A stretch of 64,000 nucleotides of DNA from Candidatus Bathyarchaeota archaeon (GCA_963806645.1 CAWDYQ010000002.1:11141-75140); one strand, 5' to 3'; shown: positions 48,611 through 60,562, numbered from the stretch's first letter. The notes: generated from the letters alone by a model not told the origin. A program made the numbers and translations.

Positions 48611-50172
48611 ATTTTCTCCCTTAAGTTATGATTGTTATAATTTCTCATCAAAACATTCATGCCACTTAGCATTGCTTCAACGCTTGCTATAACTATGTCC
48701 TCATTGACTCCAGCAGCCGTAGACTTTCTATCCCCTTTGCTGAGGCTAACAGCAACCTCAGTTACAGCATTGGTGCCTCCAGTGATAGCTTTAACAGAAT
48801 AATTCTCTAATTGTATTGGTTCAACTATTCCAACTGCTTTTTTTATTGCATTAATGGCAGCGTCTACTGGACCAACTCCTATTGCAGCTTCGGTGAGAAT
48901 TTTACCGTTTACGTTTAATGGTACTGAAGCCGTTGATGTAACTCTACTTCCTGTAACAACAGTTATTTCCTCAAGTTTTATTGGACGAATTGTAGGTAAA
49001 CCCATAACTACTTCGGCAATCGCTTGCAAGTCAGCATCAGCGACCCGTTTACCTTTATCTCCTATACTTTTAACTCGTAGAAAAATTTCTTTCAACTGTT
49101 CAGCATTAGGTTCAATGCCCATTTCGTTTAGAGAAGCTCTGATTCCTGTTGAGCCAGAGTGTTTCCCCGATGCTATTCTTCTTGTGCGCCCGATCATTTC
49201 AGGCATAAAAGGCTCGTATGTTGAGGGATTAGCCAGTATTCCGTGTGTGTGCATTCCTGATTCGTGAACAAAAGCGTTTTCACCTACGATGGCCTTGTTA
49301 GGCTGTAACGGAAAATCGGTTATCCGAGAAACAAGACGTGAAGTCTCGTAAATCAACTCAGTTTTTATGTCAAGATTGACTTGATATTGTGCTTTGAGGA
49401 CGACAGCTAATTCCTCTAAAGAAGCGTTGCCAGCTCGCTCACCTAACCCATTCATTGTGACGTGAGCTTGATCCGCACCAGATTTTAATGCAATTATCGA
49501 GTTTGCTAAGGCTAAACCGAAGTCATCATGGCAATGGACACTCAAAGGAACATTTGGTATTCTTTTTTTTAGCTCAAAATACAGCTCACTTGTTCGCTCG
49601 GGGATAAGAACTCCAACAGTGTCACAGGGACACAATCTGGCTGCACCAGCTGCTACACCTGCTTTGAACATTCGGGTGAGAAATTCTAAATCACTTCTTG
49701 TGGCATCCTCAGCCGAAAGCTCAACAGTAAGCCCATGATCTTTGGCATATTGGGTTGTGTCTGCCGTAATTTCCAGGACTTCTTCGCGGGTCTTTTTCAG
49801 TTTAAATTTTAGATGTAAATCTGACGAGGGAATTACAAGATGTACTCCCACTGCGCCAGTTTTTATTACAGCATCTATGTCTTTTTTTACACCCCTAGCC
49901 ATGCTATAGACTTCTGCTCTAAGCCCTGCATTAGCAATGAGTTTTATCGCTTCCAGTTCGCCCTCAGAAGCGGCGGCGAAACCAGCCTCCATGGCATCCA
50001 CCCCGAGCCGATCTAGGCTTTCAGCAATTCTAAGTTTTTTTTCGGGAGTTAACGAAACTCCAGGGGTTTGTTCGCCGTCTCTAAGGGTGGTGTCAAAAAC
50101 TCTAATTTTTTTGGGGAAGCTAGTTGATAAAGCGATCCCCCATTTTATGTCCCTCGAGAACCCAATTATCAC
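48607..50172 (-). CDS. leuA: 2-isopropylmalate synthase / (R)-citramalate synthase family
   Basis: Motifs VFDTTLRDGEQTPGV and HCHDDFGLALANS, plus a C-terminal LeuA-dimer-type domain. Its stop overlaps the ilvB start (ATGA). Confidence 0.85.
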   Translation of the reverse strand: MIIGFSRDIKWGIALSTSFPKKIRVFDTTLRDGEQTPGVSLTPEKKLRIAESLDRLGVDAMEAGFAAASEGELEAIKLIANAGLRAEVYSMARGVKKDIDAVIKTGAVGVHLVIPSSDLHLKFKLKKTREEVLEITADTTQYAKDHGLTVELSAEDATRSDLEFLTRMFKAGVAAGAARLCPCDTVGVLIPERTSELYFELKKRIPNVPLSVHCHDDFGLALANSIIALKSGADQAHVTMNGLGERAGNASLEELAVVLKAQYQVNLDIKTELIYETSRLVSRITDFPLQPNKAIVGENAFVHESGMHTHGILANPSTYEPFMPEMIGRTRRIASGKHSGSTGIRASLNEMGIEPNAEQLKEIFLRVKSIGDKGKRVADADLQAIAEVVMGLPTIRPIKLEEITVVTGSRVTSTASVPLNVNGKILTEAAIGVGPVDAAINAIKKAVGIVEPIQLENYSVKAITGGTNAVTEVAVSLSKGDRKSTAAGVNEDIVIASVEAMLSGMNVLMRNYNNHNLREKI

Positions 50173-50391
50173 TCACAATTCATTCCTCGTTTCACCTCAA
50201 CAACTTAAGGTTTAATATAAAAATTTTTCTATATCTACAATTCACATGAAAAGTTGAGTATAACAATAAATTATGTTAAAAAATATAACAGTTAAGAATG
50301 AAAAAGGATGTATCCGAATATTACAATTACAGATTAAATTCCTGCAAATAAATTAACTCAGAAAAACATCGATGAACCCAATTCAATATCA

Positions 50392-51282
50392 TTAAATGTT
50401 AAAGACTGTATAAAACCTTGATTTTTCTTCCATTATCTCGATAAGTGTATTAATGGGCAAGATTCCTTTTTCCGATACCACTCCAGTTATTAGATTCGCA
50501 GGAACAAGGTCAAAACCTTTCTTCGCCTCTACGTTTTTGCCAAGATAACTTAAAGTGTTCACTTTTGAAGTTTCGCAAACAGAATAGAAGGGTAAACCCG
50601 AATCCTCAGCCTCAACTGCAACACCATAAGTTGGACTTCCGTTTATAACAGATCCATCAACTAATACACTGTCGGCTCCTACCAGAACACAGTTGGTTTT
50701 TGGAACGTACATGTAAATCTTTTTGTCCAAGAAAACTTCGACTGGAATCTGTAGTGATTCAAGAAAACTTGCCAAAACACGACCATAACAAAACTTCCCA
50801 TCAGCAGTTCTTGACTCTGCAACCATAACTTTGAAGTTTTTTCCCTGCTGTTTCGCCAATTCAAAAGTCCTACAAATTGTAAAACTGTGACTACAAGTTG
50901 CTATATAATCCGAATCATCAATTAAGGTGGCTGCCCACTCTGCCGATTTTCTAATAGCAGTAACGGATTGATTAGATAATTCTTGTATCCGAGAAGCAGC
51001 AAACTTTTGAACCTCGACCAAATCATCTTCTTCCAAATGATTAACTTCGTAAACGATTTGGGCCACCAAATTTTGTACTGAAGCCATGTTAGGTCTTATC
51101 AAAAAAAGCTCTCTACCTAATTCGCTGAAATCTTCAACAAAGTCTTTGCAGGTCTCACTCTTATTTGTCTTAGAAAAGGATCTAAGCAGATCTAGAGCAT
51201 TGAGCGCTATTTGGATAGCTCCACTCGACATATCAAACGCGATTTTCCTGATTTTTTCAGAAAACAAAATAAAACATTCCAT
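50392..51282 (-). CDS. eIF-2B alpha/beta/delta family protein (sugar-phosphate isomerase-like)
   Basis: The C-terminal block VLVGADSVLVDGSVINGSPTYGVAVEAEDSGLPFYSVCETSK is typical of the IF-2B family. Confidence 0.7.
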   Translation of the reverse strand: MECFILFSEKIRKIAFDMSSGAIQIALNALDLLRSFSKTNKSETCKDFVEDFSELGRELFLIRPNMASVQNLVAQIVYEVNHLEEDDLVEVQKFAASRIQELSNQSVTAIRKSAEWAATLIDDSDYIATCSHSFTICRTFELAKQQGKNFKVMVAESRTADGKFCYGRVLASFLESLQIPVEVFLDKKIYMYVPKTNCVLVGADSVLVDGSVINGSPTYGVAVEAEDSGLPFYSVCETSKVNTLSYLGKNVEAKKGFDLVPANLITGVVSEKGILPINTLIEIMEEKSRFYTVFNI

Positions 51283-51291
51283 AAGTTTTCC

Positions 51292-51951
51292 TTAAAATGT
51301 ACCAAACTTAACTTCGATAGTATCGTTTATTTCTGCTAAGGCATAATTACCTTTTTTGGCGGGTCCCGGATTCACAATCAAGGTTTCTCTGATATAATCG
51401 ATTCCTGGTGCTTCATGAACGTGACCACAAAAAACTGCAAGCGGTTTCTTTTCTTCTACGAAAAGTCTTACGCTTCGACTTCCAATATGTTTATTCATAT
51501 AAGCCATGTCTATTTGTGTGTTAAATGGGGGAGTATGGGATAAAATTATCAACTTCTCAATTGAAGGACAAAGCCTAAAACCCTCATTCAATGAATTCAT
51601 TAACCAATTATCTGGAAACTCTAGAGGTGTTTTTAAGTAACTAGACGGTGCGCCTCCAACTCCGATAAATGTGTAATCTTTGATTTTTACACATGAAGCA
51701 TGAACATTTATTGCATTCTCGATTGAATCTTTAAAAAATGAGGATAGATCACAATTACCGGGCACATAAAGTAACGGCAAATTCAAGCTAATAAGTGGCA
51801 TAAACAAAGATTCTGCCTGATTTACATTTCCAAAGTTTGTTATATCACCACAGACCACAATAATTTCAGCCTCAACCCTCTTTACTGTAGTTGCTGCTTT
51901 CAGGAATGCCTCACGGTATCCATGAAAATCAGATAAAATCAACGCACGCAC
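51292..51951 (-). CDS. metallophosphoesterase
   Basis: Motifs ILSDFHG, VVCGDITN, GNCD and GHVHE. Confidence 0.8.
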   Translation of the reverse strand: MRALILSDFHGYREAFLKAATTVKRVEAEIIVVCGDITNFGNVNQAESLFMPLISLNLPLLYVPGNCDLSSFFKDSIENAINVHASCVKIKDYTFIGVGGAPSSYLKTPLEFPDNWLMNSLNEGFRLCPSIEKLIILSHTPPFNTQIDMAYMNKHIGSRSVRLFVEEKKPLAVFCGHVHEAPGIDYIRETLIVNPGPAKKGNYALAEINDTIEVKFGTF

Positions 51952-52172
51952 TTAATATAACCAACCAAACTTTTTATTGATATAAATTTTAGAATATTTT
52001 TGATTCACAATAGTTTAATATTTTTCGCATTCGAAAGTAAAATTTTGTTCTTTTCTTTGAGAAAGTAGTTCATAAATATTTTAAGACATAATGCGTCAAA
52101 TCAGTTTTTTGTTAGGGTCAAAAGACTTAACAGAATCTACTATTCTCTATTGAGACACAGAGGGTTTAGAAG

Positions 52173-53843
52173 TTGAGAAGCGATGCAATAAAAATTGGTG
52201 TTCAAAGGGCTCCTCATCGGGCCTTGCTAAAGGCACTGGGAATCACCGACAATGACATGTATAAACCATTTATTGGTGTAGTGAACAGCTTCACAAATAT
52301 TGTTCCGGGTCATATGCATCTAAATCAAGTTGCCACCGCAGTAAAAGAGGGGATAATTAGCGCAGGAGGTGTTCCCTTCGAATTCAACACTATAGGCATC
52401 TGTGACGGAATAGCCATGGGTCACAATGGTATGCGGTACTCTTTACCTTCTCGGGAATTGATCGCCGACTCGGTTGAAGTTATGGTTCAAGCTCACAGAT
52501 TTGACGGGATAGTTCTCATTAGCACTTGCGATAAGATAACCCCAGGAATGTTGATGGCCGCTGCTAGACTCAACATCCCCGCAATAATGGTAACAGGTGG
52601 TCCAATGCTTTCAGGGGTTTACAAAGGGAAAAAAGTTGGAACTGACTCGATGTTTGAAGCGATAGGTAAAGTTGCTGCAGGTAAAATGGATGAAGAAGAA
52701 CTGAAGTGTCTTGAAGATGTAGCGTGTCCCAGTTGTGGATCATGCAATGGATTGTTTACCGCTAACACTATGGCATGTGTAACTGAAGCTTTAGGAATGT
52801 CTTTGACTGGATGTGCTACTCCACTTGCTGTAAGTGCTGAAAGGTTACGAATCGCAAAGGCAACAGGAGAAAGAGTTGTTGGATTGGTAAAAGAAGATTT
52901 GAAGCCTCTGGATATTCTATCGTTGAATGCTTTTGAAAATGCCATTATGGTTGATATGGCCCTTGGAGGTTCCACTAACACGGTGTTACATGTTACAGCA
53001 ATCGCTAACGAGGCAGGAGTAAACTTGCAGTTATCACTCTTTGACAAGTTAAGTAAACGTGTTCCCCATATTTGTAGCATGATTCCAAGTGGACCATACG
53101 ATATGAAGGACTTAGGTGAAGCTGGAGGAATCCCTGCAGTAATGAAAGTTCTGGAAGATTCACTTCATCTGAACTCTGTCACTGTTACTGGAAAAAACAT
53201 TAAAGAAAACATCGAATCTGTGGTGGTTAATAACCCTGAAGTGATTCGTTCACTAGATAATCCAGTTCATCGGGAAGGAGGAATAGCAGTCTTGAAAGGA
53301 AACTTGGCACCTGATGGAGGAGTGGTTAAAGCTGCGGGCATATCAACAAACATGATGGTTCATAGTGGTCCTGCAAAAACATTTGATTCTGAAGAGGCTG
53401 CAATGCAGGCGATATTAGACAAAAAAATCTGCATCGGAGATGTAGTAGTTATCCGTTATGAAGGTCCGAAAGGCGGACCAGGAATGAGAGAGATGCTTTC
53501 TCCAACAGCCACTATAGCAGGAATGGGACTTAGCGAATCCGTTGCTCTTATCACAGATGGAAGATTTTCTGGAGCCACTAGAGGACCATGTATTGGTCAT
53601 GTGTCTCCTGAGGCTGCTGTCGGTGGACCTATAGGGTTACTTAAAGACGACGATATAATAGAAATAGACGTCCCAAAAAGAAAACTAAACGTGAAACTAA
53701 GCGAGGAAGAATTAGCGAAGAGGGCGAAAGCTTGGACGGCTAAGAAACCAAATGTTACGAAGGGTTACCTAGTACGTTACTCCCAAGTTGTTCAGTCTGC
53801 ACACAAGGGAAGTGTGCTAGAAAAATGTGAGGGCTCTCAATAA
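52173..53843 (+). CDS. ilvD: dihydroxy-acid dehydratase
   Basis: Motifs [38 protein letters not shown] and [14 protein letters not shown]. The start codon is TTG. Confidence 0.95.
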   Translation: MRSDAIKIGVQRAPHRALLKALGITDNDMYKPFIGVVNSFTNIVPGHMHLNQVATAVKEGIISAGGVPFEFNTIGICDGIAMGHNGMRYSLPSRELIADSVEVMVQAHRFDGIVLISTCDKITPGMLMAAARLNIPAIMVTGGPMLSGVYKGKKVGTDSMFEAIGKVAAGKMDEEELKCLEDVACPSCGSCNGLFTANTMACVTEALGMSLTGCATPLAVSAERLRIAKATGERVVGLVKEDLKPLDILSLNAFENAIMVDMALGGSTNTVLHVTAIANEAGVNLQLSLFDKLSKRVPHICSMIPSGPYDMKDLGEAGGIPAVMKVLEDSLHLNSVTVTGKNIKENIESVVVNNPEVIRSLDNPVHREGGIAVLKGNLAPDGGVVKAAGISTNMMVHSGPAKTFDSEEAAMQAILDKKICIGDVVVIRYEGPKGGPGMREMLSPTATIAGMGLSESVALITDGRFSGATRGPCIGHVSPEAAVGGPIGLLKDDDIIEIDVPKRKLNVKLSEEELAKRAKAWTAKKPNVTKGYLVRYSQVVQSAHKGSVLEKCEGSQ

Positions 53844-53879
53844 TCAGAAAGTTAAACACGTTAATGTTGAATGTTCAAT

Positions 53880-55046
53880 TTATTCAATTATACTGTGATA
53901 CCAATTCAAGATATATTCAGGCAAACTGAGACCTTTAACGTTGAGCTTTGCTGTCAGGAGTATAGGAAGACAACTCAATACATAAGCAGCCCTCATGTAG
54001 AATCTTCGCGGTTTTCCATGCTCAACCGCTTCCTCAAGCAAAATCTTCATGTCAGAATTAATGTCTAAACCTGTTCCTTCATGTCCAATAATCGAATATA
54101 CAGTTCCCCCTAAGCCCCTAAACCTGTTACACCAACCTACAACAGGCTTTGTCCTTCCTGAGTAGGATATTAGAATCTCTAGATCCCCAGCTCTTGGATG
54201 AGGAGTGTTGACTCCTCGTGCGATGTAAACGTTATCTCCCAAAAACTTTTTTATGTGAAACAACCGAACAGCTGTCATTTTTGCAACTTCTTCAGCTGTT
54301 CCTCTTCCACCTAAAAACACGTCACTACGTCTTTCCAGAATATTTAGGGCGGCCTCTGTAGCTTCAGAATGAATTGCATTCTCGGTAATGGTCCTCAAAA
54401 AGGGTGCTTCTTCAGTTATTAGATCAAGTACCCTATCTACAGAACTCTTTTCAGATATAGCTTCAGTAATCATTTGTAACAAAAAAAGGCTACCCAGTTC
54501 AAAGAGGTCGCCCATTATTCCTGTTTCGCTATATGGTTCTGATGAGGGTAACTGTTTTTTTTCTCTGCCCTCTACTGTAACTACATGGCCGTACTTCTTT
54601 ACAATCTTTGAAAGTGAAGAGTTGGCGTTAGAGGTTATAAGTCCCATCGTAAATTTGTTGCTACCAGTTTCTAACAAATATTTTTCCAGCTCTTCAGCAA
54701 GATGCATAGGATCATCGGATTCTCCGCTTCCAGAATTGATAAGAAGAACAATTTTTTTGTGTCTTTTTTCAAGTTTTGATGCGGCATCTAGCATACCTCT
54801 TCCTGGAAAACCGACATCTTCTCGCGTGATAACTACTTTTGGCTCCTTCATCATGGCTATTTGACTCATTGCTATGTTCAAGGAGTGAAGGGATCGTCCT
54901 GAACCACCGCAAACAATACAATCAGCAGCTTTCAGATCTTCGTACAAAGCAGACAAACTTTTCTCTTTTAATTTCAAAAGATTATCGTTGATGCGCTCAA
55001 CATATTCTACTCCAGAAATATTTTCGGTTATTTTTATCACATCCAC
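53880..55046 (-). CDS. double SIS-domain sugar-phosphate-binding protein
   Basis: There are two SIS-like halves: CGGSGRSLHSLNIAM...LLINSGSGESDD and FLGGRGTAEEVAKMTAVRL...ILISYSGRT. Confidence 0.55.
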   Translation of the reverse strand: MDVIKITENISGVEYVERINDNLLKLKEKSLSALYEDLKAADCIVCGGSGRSLHSLNIAMSQIAMMKEPKVVITREDVGFPGRGMLDAASKLEKRHKKIVLLINSGSGESDDPMHLAEELEKYLLETGSNKFTMGLITSNANSSLSKIVKKYGHVVTVEGREKKQLPSSEPYSETGIMGDLFELGSLFLLQMITEAISEKSSVDRVLDLITEEAPFLRTITENAIHSEATEAALNILERRSDVFLGGRGTAEEVAKMTAVRLFHIKKFLGDNVYIARGVNTPHPRAGDLEILISYSGRTKPVVGWCNRFRGLGGTVYSIIGHEGTGLDINSDMKILLEEAVEHGKPRRFYMRAAYVLSCLPILLTAKLNVKGLSLPEYILNWYHSIIE

Positions 55047-55232
55047 AAAGATATCGATTGTTAAATCTATACGCCCGTTAAACTCATTTGCTAAGTGAAA
55101 CAGGGTTACCGGTTATCATCTAATAACTATTACCATAATGTCGTCATAAGCTATAAGTAGTGTATTTATAGCCAAAACATGTTCACGAAACAAGAAAAAA
55201 GAGCTGCATAACATTCTAATAGTTCCAGAAGA

Positions 55233-56309
55233 GTGCAATACAAGGTAAAAATGTGTGGTGCCTCTGCAGACGATTACATTAACGAGTCTATCAAGGTGCC
55301 TTCTTTTGAAAAAATTCAGGAATTGGTTGAAACTGAATTTGAAATAGAAGAAAGTTATGTTGACCATAATATCCCAACATTCCACATAAAATATAAAGAG
55401 AACTCAAAAGAAGCTTTTCTCCGACTTATGCAAAGTCTAAAGGCTCTGGAGTCTCTTCCAGTTCTAAGACAAGAAGGAAAAAAAGTTGTTCTCCAAGTCT
55501 TGCCAAAACCAGAAATAAAGCCGAACAAAAACACGGTAAACATCGCGTTGTTTTTTGCAACACTTGGAACAGTTTTTGCTTCAGGATATCTTTACTCAGG
55601 TAATGTTATTGACGGTCTCTTGTTTACTACCGCGATCATGGCTATACTTGGTTCTCATGAAATGGGGCATAAACTATTGGCAGACAAACATGATGTTGAT
55701 GCCACGTACCCCTATTTTATTCCCGGTCTTCCACCGATTGGCACTTTCGGAGCATTAATTCGACAGAAAGCTCTTCCACCAAATAAAGATGCCCTGTTTG
55801 ACATCGGTTTCACAGGACCAATAACAGGTTTCATAATAGCTGTGATAGTTACAATCATCGGAGCTCAAATTTCAGTTGTAGTTCCACCTGACCCAAGCAT
55901 GGAAGTCATCCCCATAACTGAGCTGTACCCTTTGATTTACAGATGGATTTTCCAAATTTTCCCACCAAGCACTAGCGGAGTGATAACGCAGCATCCTGTT
56001 GCCTTTGCAGGTTGGGTTGGCATGGTCATCACAATGCTTAATCTGGTACCTTCTGGCATGTTTGATGGGGGCCATGTAGCTAGAAGCTTAATGAGCAATA
56101 GGATGCACCAAATCGTTTCATACGGAGGCATAATCTTGTTAGCTATTATATGGTGGCCAATGGCAATACTAGCTCTCTTTTTTTCTGCTGCTAAACATCC
56201 CGGTCCTCTGGATGATGTTTCTACACTAACAAAAAGCAGAAAACTTGGTGCCATAGGACTAGTTGCAGTTTTCATCCTTTCAGTGGTTCCGATGGGAATA
56301 CCATTTTAA
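55233..56309 (+). CDS. M50 family (site-2 protease-like) membrane metalloprotease
   Basis: HExxH motif in GSHEMGHKLLA, multiple TM helices, and NLVPSGMFDGGH. Confidence 0.8.
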   Translation: MQYKVKMCGASADDYINESIKVPSFEKIQELVETEFEIEESYVDHNIPTFHIKYKENSKEAFLRLMQSLKALESLPVLRQEGKKVVLQVLPKPEIKPNKNTVNIALFFATLGTVFASGYLYSGNVIDGLLFTTAIMAILGSHEMGHKLLADKHDVDATYPYFIPGLPPIGTFGALIRQKALPPNKDALFDIGFTGPITGFIIAVIVTIIGAQISVVVPPDPSMEVIPITELYPLIYRWIFQIFPPSTSGVITQHPVAFAGWVGMVITMLNLVPSGMFDGGHVARSLMSNRMHQIVSYGGIILLAIIWWPMAILALFFSAAKHPGPLDDVSTLTKSRKLGAIGLVAVFILSVVPMGIPF

Positions 56310-56350
56310 TCAGAGCATCGTAGTTTGCAGAGCATCAGACAATAGGGCAT

Positions 56351-57340
56351 CTATATGCTTTTCACAACTTTTTCAGCGAAAATCTTCAATCCTTCCAGGT
56401 TAGGTGTATCAGCGAAAAAAAGCATAAAATGTGTCACTCCAAGATTTATGTAAAAACGAATTTGTTTGAGGTAATTTTCTGGAGTACCAACAAAGTTTGT
56501 TCTCATAAAATCTTTCACCTTAATACCTTTCGGGACCCACTGAGGAACCTTTTCTTCTAGGTCTTTTTTGTCTTTTCCAATGAATATCTGTCCTACAGGC
56601 CAGCAGGACTTCTCGATGTGATCAAAAGGTCTACCCACAACTTTGCAATTGTTTTCTAAAATCTTAAGCTTATGCAAATATAATTCCGATGATTTGAGAT
56701 AGCCCCAATCGTACCTATCTGCATATTTTGCAGTTAATCTCAACATCAATTTTTCTCCGCCTCCACCTATAATGATGGGGGGATTGGGCTTCTGAATTGG
56801 CTTAGGTTCACAGACAGCATCATTTACAACGTAATATTTTCCGTTGTAGTTTGTTTTTTTCTCGGTCCATAACTTTCTTAGGATTTCAACTGCTTCATCC
56901 AAACGTTCTATTCTAACTTTTGATGAATGGAAAGGAAAACCATAGGCATTATGTTCGTTATTCTGGATACCTGCTCCTATTCCTAGCTCAAGCCTTCCAT
57001 TTGTTATATTATCGACTGTTGCCGCCATTTTGGCGAGTAAAGCCGGATTCCTGAAGTTGTTGCAGGTGACCATCGTTCCAAGCCTTATCGTTTTAGTTAC
57101 TTGTGAGAGCGCTGAGAGGGTTGTCCAGCATTCTAGAATCGGTATTTTGTTTATCATAATATGATCGTCTAGCCAAACTGAAGAATATCCTAGCAGTTCA
57201 CATTCTAAGACGACATCTTGGAGTCGATTAAATAATTGTGTTTGTTTTTCGTTTCGAAAAGCATAGAAGGGAAGAAACACGCCAAACTTGATTTTATCCA
57301 GCACTTGTATATCTCCCAGTTTAGTTAATATTCCTTTCAA
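56351..57340 (-). CDS. LLM-class (luciferase-like) flavin/F420-dependent oxidoreductase
   Basis: Motifs GYSSVWLDDH and GRLELGIGAG, with a TIM-barrel pattern. Confidence 0.75.
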   Translation of the reverse strand: MKGILTKLGDIQVLDKIKFGVFLPFYAFRNEKQTQLFNRLQDVVLECELLGYSSVWLDDHIMINKIPILECWTTLSALSQVTKTIRLGTMVTCNNFRNPALLAKMAATVDNITNGRLELGIGAGIQNNEHNAYGFPFHSSKVRIERLDEAVEILRKLWTEKKTNYNGKYYVVNDAVCEPKPIQKPNPPIIIGGGGEKLMLRLTAKYADRYDWGYLKSSELYLHKLKILENNCKVVGRPFDHIEKSCWPVGQIFIGKDKKDLEEKVPQWVPKGIKVKDFMRTNFVGTPENYLKQIRFYINLGVTHFMLFFADTPNLEGLKIFAEKVVKSI

Positions 57341-57470
57341 GTTTTTAATGAAGAAGTTGACACTAAAAACTAATATGGTTAAGTTTTCGGGCGAATATTT
57401 TTTGTAACAATGAAAAGAAGGTTCCAGAATATTGAAGTTCAGAAGATTTCTTCAACTATAGCGTTAGCTT

Positions 57471-60400
57471 CTAGTGTACTGCAACGTAAACTTTCTTTTT
57501 GTCTAGTTTGTTTTCGTGCCAATCCGTGTCTAAATCAACCCGCTTCTCAAGAACATGAACTTTTTTGGCACGAACAAGCTCCTCCATCTTTGCAAGGTAT
57601 GGTTCAAGCAGCAGTATGTCATTTGGGTCGAGCTCTGCAATGTGAACTGCTTTAACTATGTCTGTAGGTGAGAATCCCAACTCTTTCCTTAGCGCTTGAA
57701 CTCGGCGAGCTAAGTCACGCATTAAACCTTCTCCTTCTAAAGTGTTGTCACGAATCTTGTCAAGCAAAACATATATTTCACCTTCAGAAGCCACTGCCCA
57801 CTTGTTATTGTCGATCTCAGGAAGTTCATCTAAATATTCAACCATTTTTATGTTTGCAAGTTCAAGAAACAACGGTTCCAGTTTCTGGATTGCTTTGTGA
57901 ACCTTTTTAGACGCTATAACTACTGCTTTTGCCAGTGGCCAGCGTCGTTTAAGTTGGGCGTCCTGTCGAGCAGAATATAGAATAGGAAGAGTCTGTAGTA
58001 ATGTCTCGAATTCTTTTTCCAAGGAAAGGTTTTCTAGGTTTTTGTCGGGCGTAGGCCAGTTTTCCAGATTTACTGTTTCTGGGAGGGAATCATCCATTAT
58101 TTTATAGACAGTTTGAAATAATGCTTCACTCAGATATGGTGTAGCAGGGTTAATGAGGAGAACCAACGTTTTTAACGAGTACCATAGAGTTGAGTAAACA
58201 GCTAGTCTACGGTTCAATGTTTCGGGGTCGTCACTCCACAGATCTTTTCTAATCATTGGTACATATTCGCGGCTCAAAATGTTAACTATGAAATCTTCCA
58301 GTTTAGATAAGGCGAAATTGAATTCGCATTCCTCTGCCATTTCCGTAAACTCTCGTACTAATCCTTGGAGTTTTGATAGTAACCACATGTCTGGTGGGTT
58401 CAATGCATCCTCTTTGATAGCCGATTGAAGTGTATGTTTTTTTGGATCAAAGTTGTCATATTTGGCATTTTGCATGAAAAAGTTGTGAAGATAATATAGA
58501 GTGCTCAAAACTTGGTATGGTCGTCCCTTCAGTTCGTTAGGATCGAAGTTCATGGAATCAATTGGCGAGCATTTCCACATAAAATAGAAACGTGTAATGT
58601 CTGCTGAGCGTTCATGCAATAGTTTATTTATTTCTAAGACGTTTCCAAGGCTCTTGCTCATTTTTCTACCTTTTGCGTCCAAAACAAAGCCTTGAAACAG
58701 GAACTCTTCGTATGGTGCTTCAGGTTTACCCGTATATATAATGTGTTCGAGAAGAAGCGAGTTTGCCCAACCTCTAGTCTGATCTACTGCTTCAGTTAGA
58801 AAGTGGGTTGGAACCAAATCTTTGAATTCCTGGTCTGTGAAACGCGCGTAAGGTGAAGCTCCGCTGTTATGCCAGACATCCAAAACAAAGGACTCTCTGA
58901 TCATTCTGCCACCGCATTTGTCGCATTTCAAGACTATACGATCAATCCAAGGTTTGTGGAGCTCAAAATCGTGGTTTGGAAGTTCTAAAGCTTTTTCACG
59001 AAGTTCTTTTTTACTTGCCACCAACGTTTTTTCGCCACATTTCTCACACACCCATATGGGCAAGGGTGAACCCCAGACGCGATCTCTGGAGATGCACCAG
59101 GGTTTTCCTTCTTTTAGGAAGGAAAAAAATCTATTTTTTGGACTTTCGTAGAAGTATTTTACTTTTTGTGCAGCTTCCATTACTTTGTCGTTTATTTTGT
59201 TTGTCCAGATAAAATATTCTCTGCGTGCCAGCCACACAAGTTTATGGTGAGATCGCCAGCAGGTTGGGTACTCATGCTTGACTGTACCGATTTTTAGTAA
59301 TAACCCCCTATTCTTTAGTTCCTCCACAACCATGCTATCTGTTTTTCTGACAAAATAACCTGAGAATTTACCTGCGTCTTCTGAGAATAATGCCTGTTCA
59401 TCGAAGGGCGCAAACATTGGTAAATCGCGTTTTTGTGCTGCTGCGTAATCGTCTTCCCCGTTTGCTGGGGCAAGGTGAACTATACCTGTAGCAGTGGTTA
59501 CATCCACAAAGTCTTCAGCAACAACACTATGGATTAATGGGTACTGGTCCAGTTCTGCCTGTTTGGGAATAATGTCCTTAAATGGGTAATCATATTTTGT
59601 GCCAACAAGGTCTTTTCCTTTAAAAGTCTCGTCAATTTTGAAGTTGTCTATTTCAAGTTCTTGCATTATTGGTTCGACGCGGGCTTTCGCTAGAATCCAT
59701 GTCTCAGATCCAACTTTTACTCGAGAATAGTCTTCTTTTGGATTAACACCTATGATCAAATCTGTAATTAGAGTGAAGGGCATGGTGGTCCAAACTACGA
59801 AATAATCGCTTTCTTTTCCACATATTTTAAACTTAAAGTACATGGATGGATCTTCTACTTCTTTATATCCGAGGCCCACTTCGGCGTTGCTAAGGGACGT
59901 TTGACAATGAGGACAATAAGCAACAACATAATGTCCCTCTCCTAACATGTTCTGTTCCCATGCTCGCTTAAGGTACTGCCATTCACGTTCGATGTAGCGA
60001 TCTTGATGGGTGAAATATGCTTTGTCATGGTCTATGAACATGCCAAGCAGTGTATCAGCCTCAACCCAAAGGCGGTGATACTTCATGATGCTTTTCTTGC
60101 ATTCTTCAACAAATCGTTCTTCGCCTACCCTTTCAATGAGTTCTTTTTTGTTTTTTGCGCCTAAAGTTTTTTCTACTTCAAGTTCTACAGGCAAGCCTTG
60201 TGTGTCCCAACCTGCCCAGAATGAAACCGCGTAGTTTTGCATAGTTTTGAGGCGAAAGTGGAAATCTTTTATGACTCTACCTCGGGCATGACCAACATGA
60301 GGGATTCCATTTAATGTTGGGGGTCCTTCAACATACCCTAAGTTTTTTTTGTTATTTTTTTCTCGATATTCTGAAATTGTTTTAAGTGTTTTATTTTTTT

Positions 60401-60491
60401 CCCAAAATGCACGAACTTCATTTTCAAGCTCTAGTGGGTTATATTTTTGGGCCAACGATAAGTTAGAATTAGCCTTGAATTTCGCGGTCAC
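57471..60491 (-). CDS. ileS: isoleucyl-tRNA synthetase
   Basis: 1006 aa. HIGH-type motif PPTLNGIPHVGHARGR, KMSKS motif GRKMSKSLGN, and editing-domain and Zn-Cys motifs (CPHC, CEKCG, CDKCG). Confidence 0.9.
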   Translation of the reverse strand: MTAKFKANSNLSLAQKYNPLELENEVRAFWEKNKTLKTISEYREKNNKKNLGYVEGPPTLNGIPHVGHARGRVIKDFHFRLKTMQNYAVSFWAGWDTQGLPVELEVEKTLGAKNKKELIERVGEERFVEECKKSIMKYHRLWVEADTLLGMFIDHDKAYFTHQDRYIEREWQYLKRAWEQNMLGEGHYVVAYCPHCQTSLSNAEVGLGYKEVEDPSMYFKFKICGKESDYFVVWTTMPFTLITDLIIGVNPKEDYSRVKVGSETWILAKARVEPIMQELEIDNFKIDETFKGKDLVGTKYDYPFKDIIPKQAELDQYPLIHSVVAEDFVDVTTATGIVHLAPANGEDDYAAAQKRDLPMFAPFDEQALFSEDAGKFSGYFVRKTDSMVVEELKNRGLLLKIGTVKHEYPTCWRSHHKLVWLARREYFIWTNKINDKVMEAAQKVKYFYESPKNRFFSFLKEGKPWCISRDRVWGSPLPIWVCEKCGEKTLVASKKELREKALELPNHDFELHKPWIDRIVLKCDKCGGRMIRESFVLDVWHNSGASPYARFTDQEFKDLVPTHFLTEAVDQTRGWANSLLLEHIIYTGKPEAPYEEFLFQGFVLDAKGRKMSKSLGNVLEINKLLHERSADITRFYFMWKCSPIDSMNFDPNELKGRPYQVLSTLYYLHNFFMQNAKYDNFDPKKHTLQSAIKEDALNPPDMWLLSKLQGLVREFTEMAEECEFNFALSKLEDFIVNILSREYVPMIRKDLWSDDPETLNRRLAVYSTLWYSLKTLVLLINPATPYLSEALFQTVYKIMDDSLPETVNLENWPTPDKNLENLSLEKEFETLLQTLPILYSARQDAQLKRRWPLAKAVVIASKKVHKAIQKLEPLFLELANIKMVEYLDELPEIDNNKWAVASEGEIYVLLDKIRDNTLEGEGLMRDLARRVQALRKELGFSPTDIVKAVHIAELDPNDILLLEPYLAKMEELVRAKKVHVLEKRVDLDTDWHENKLDKKKVYVAVH

Positions 60492-60562
60492 CGCTCATCC
60501 ACGACACCAGATTAAACCCTTGAACGTAAACCATAAATATAAAGCTTTAAGGAGTCATTTTT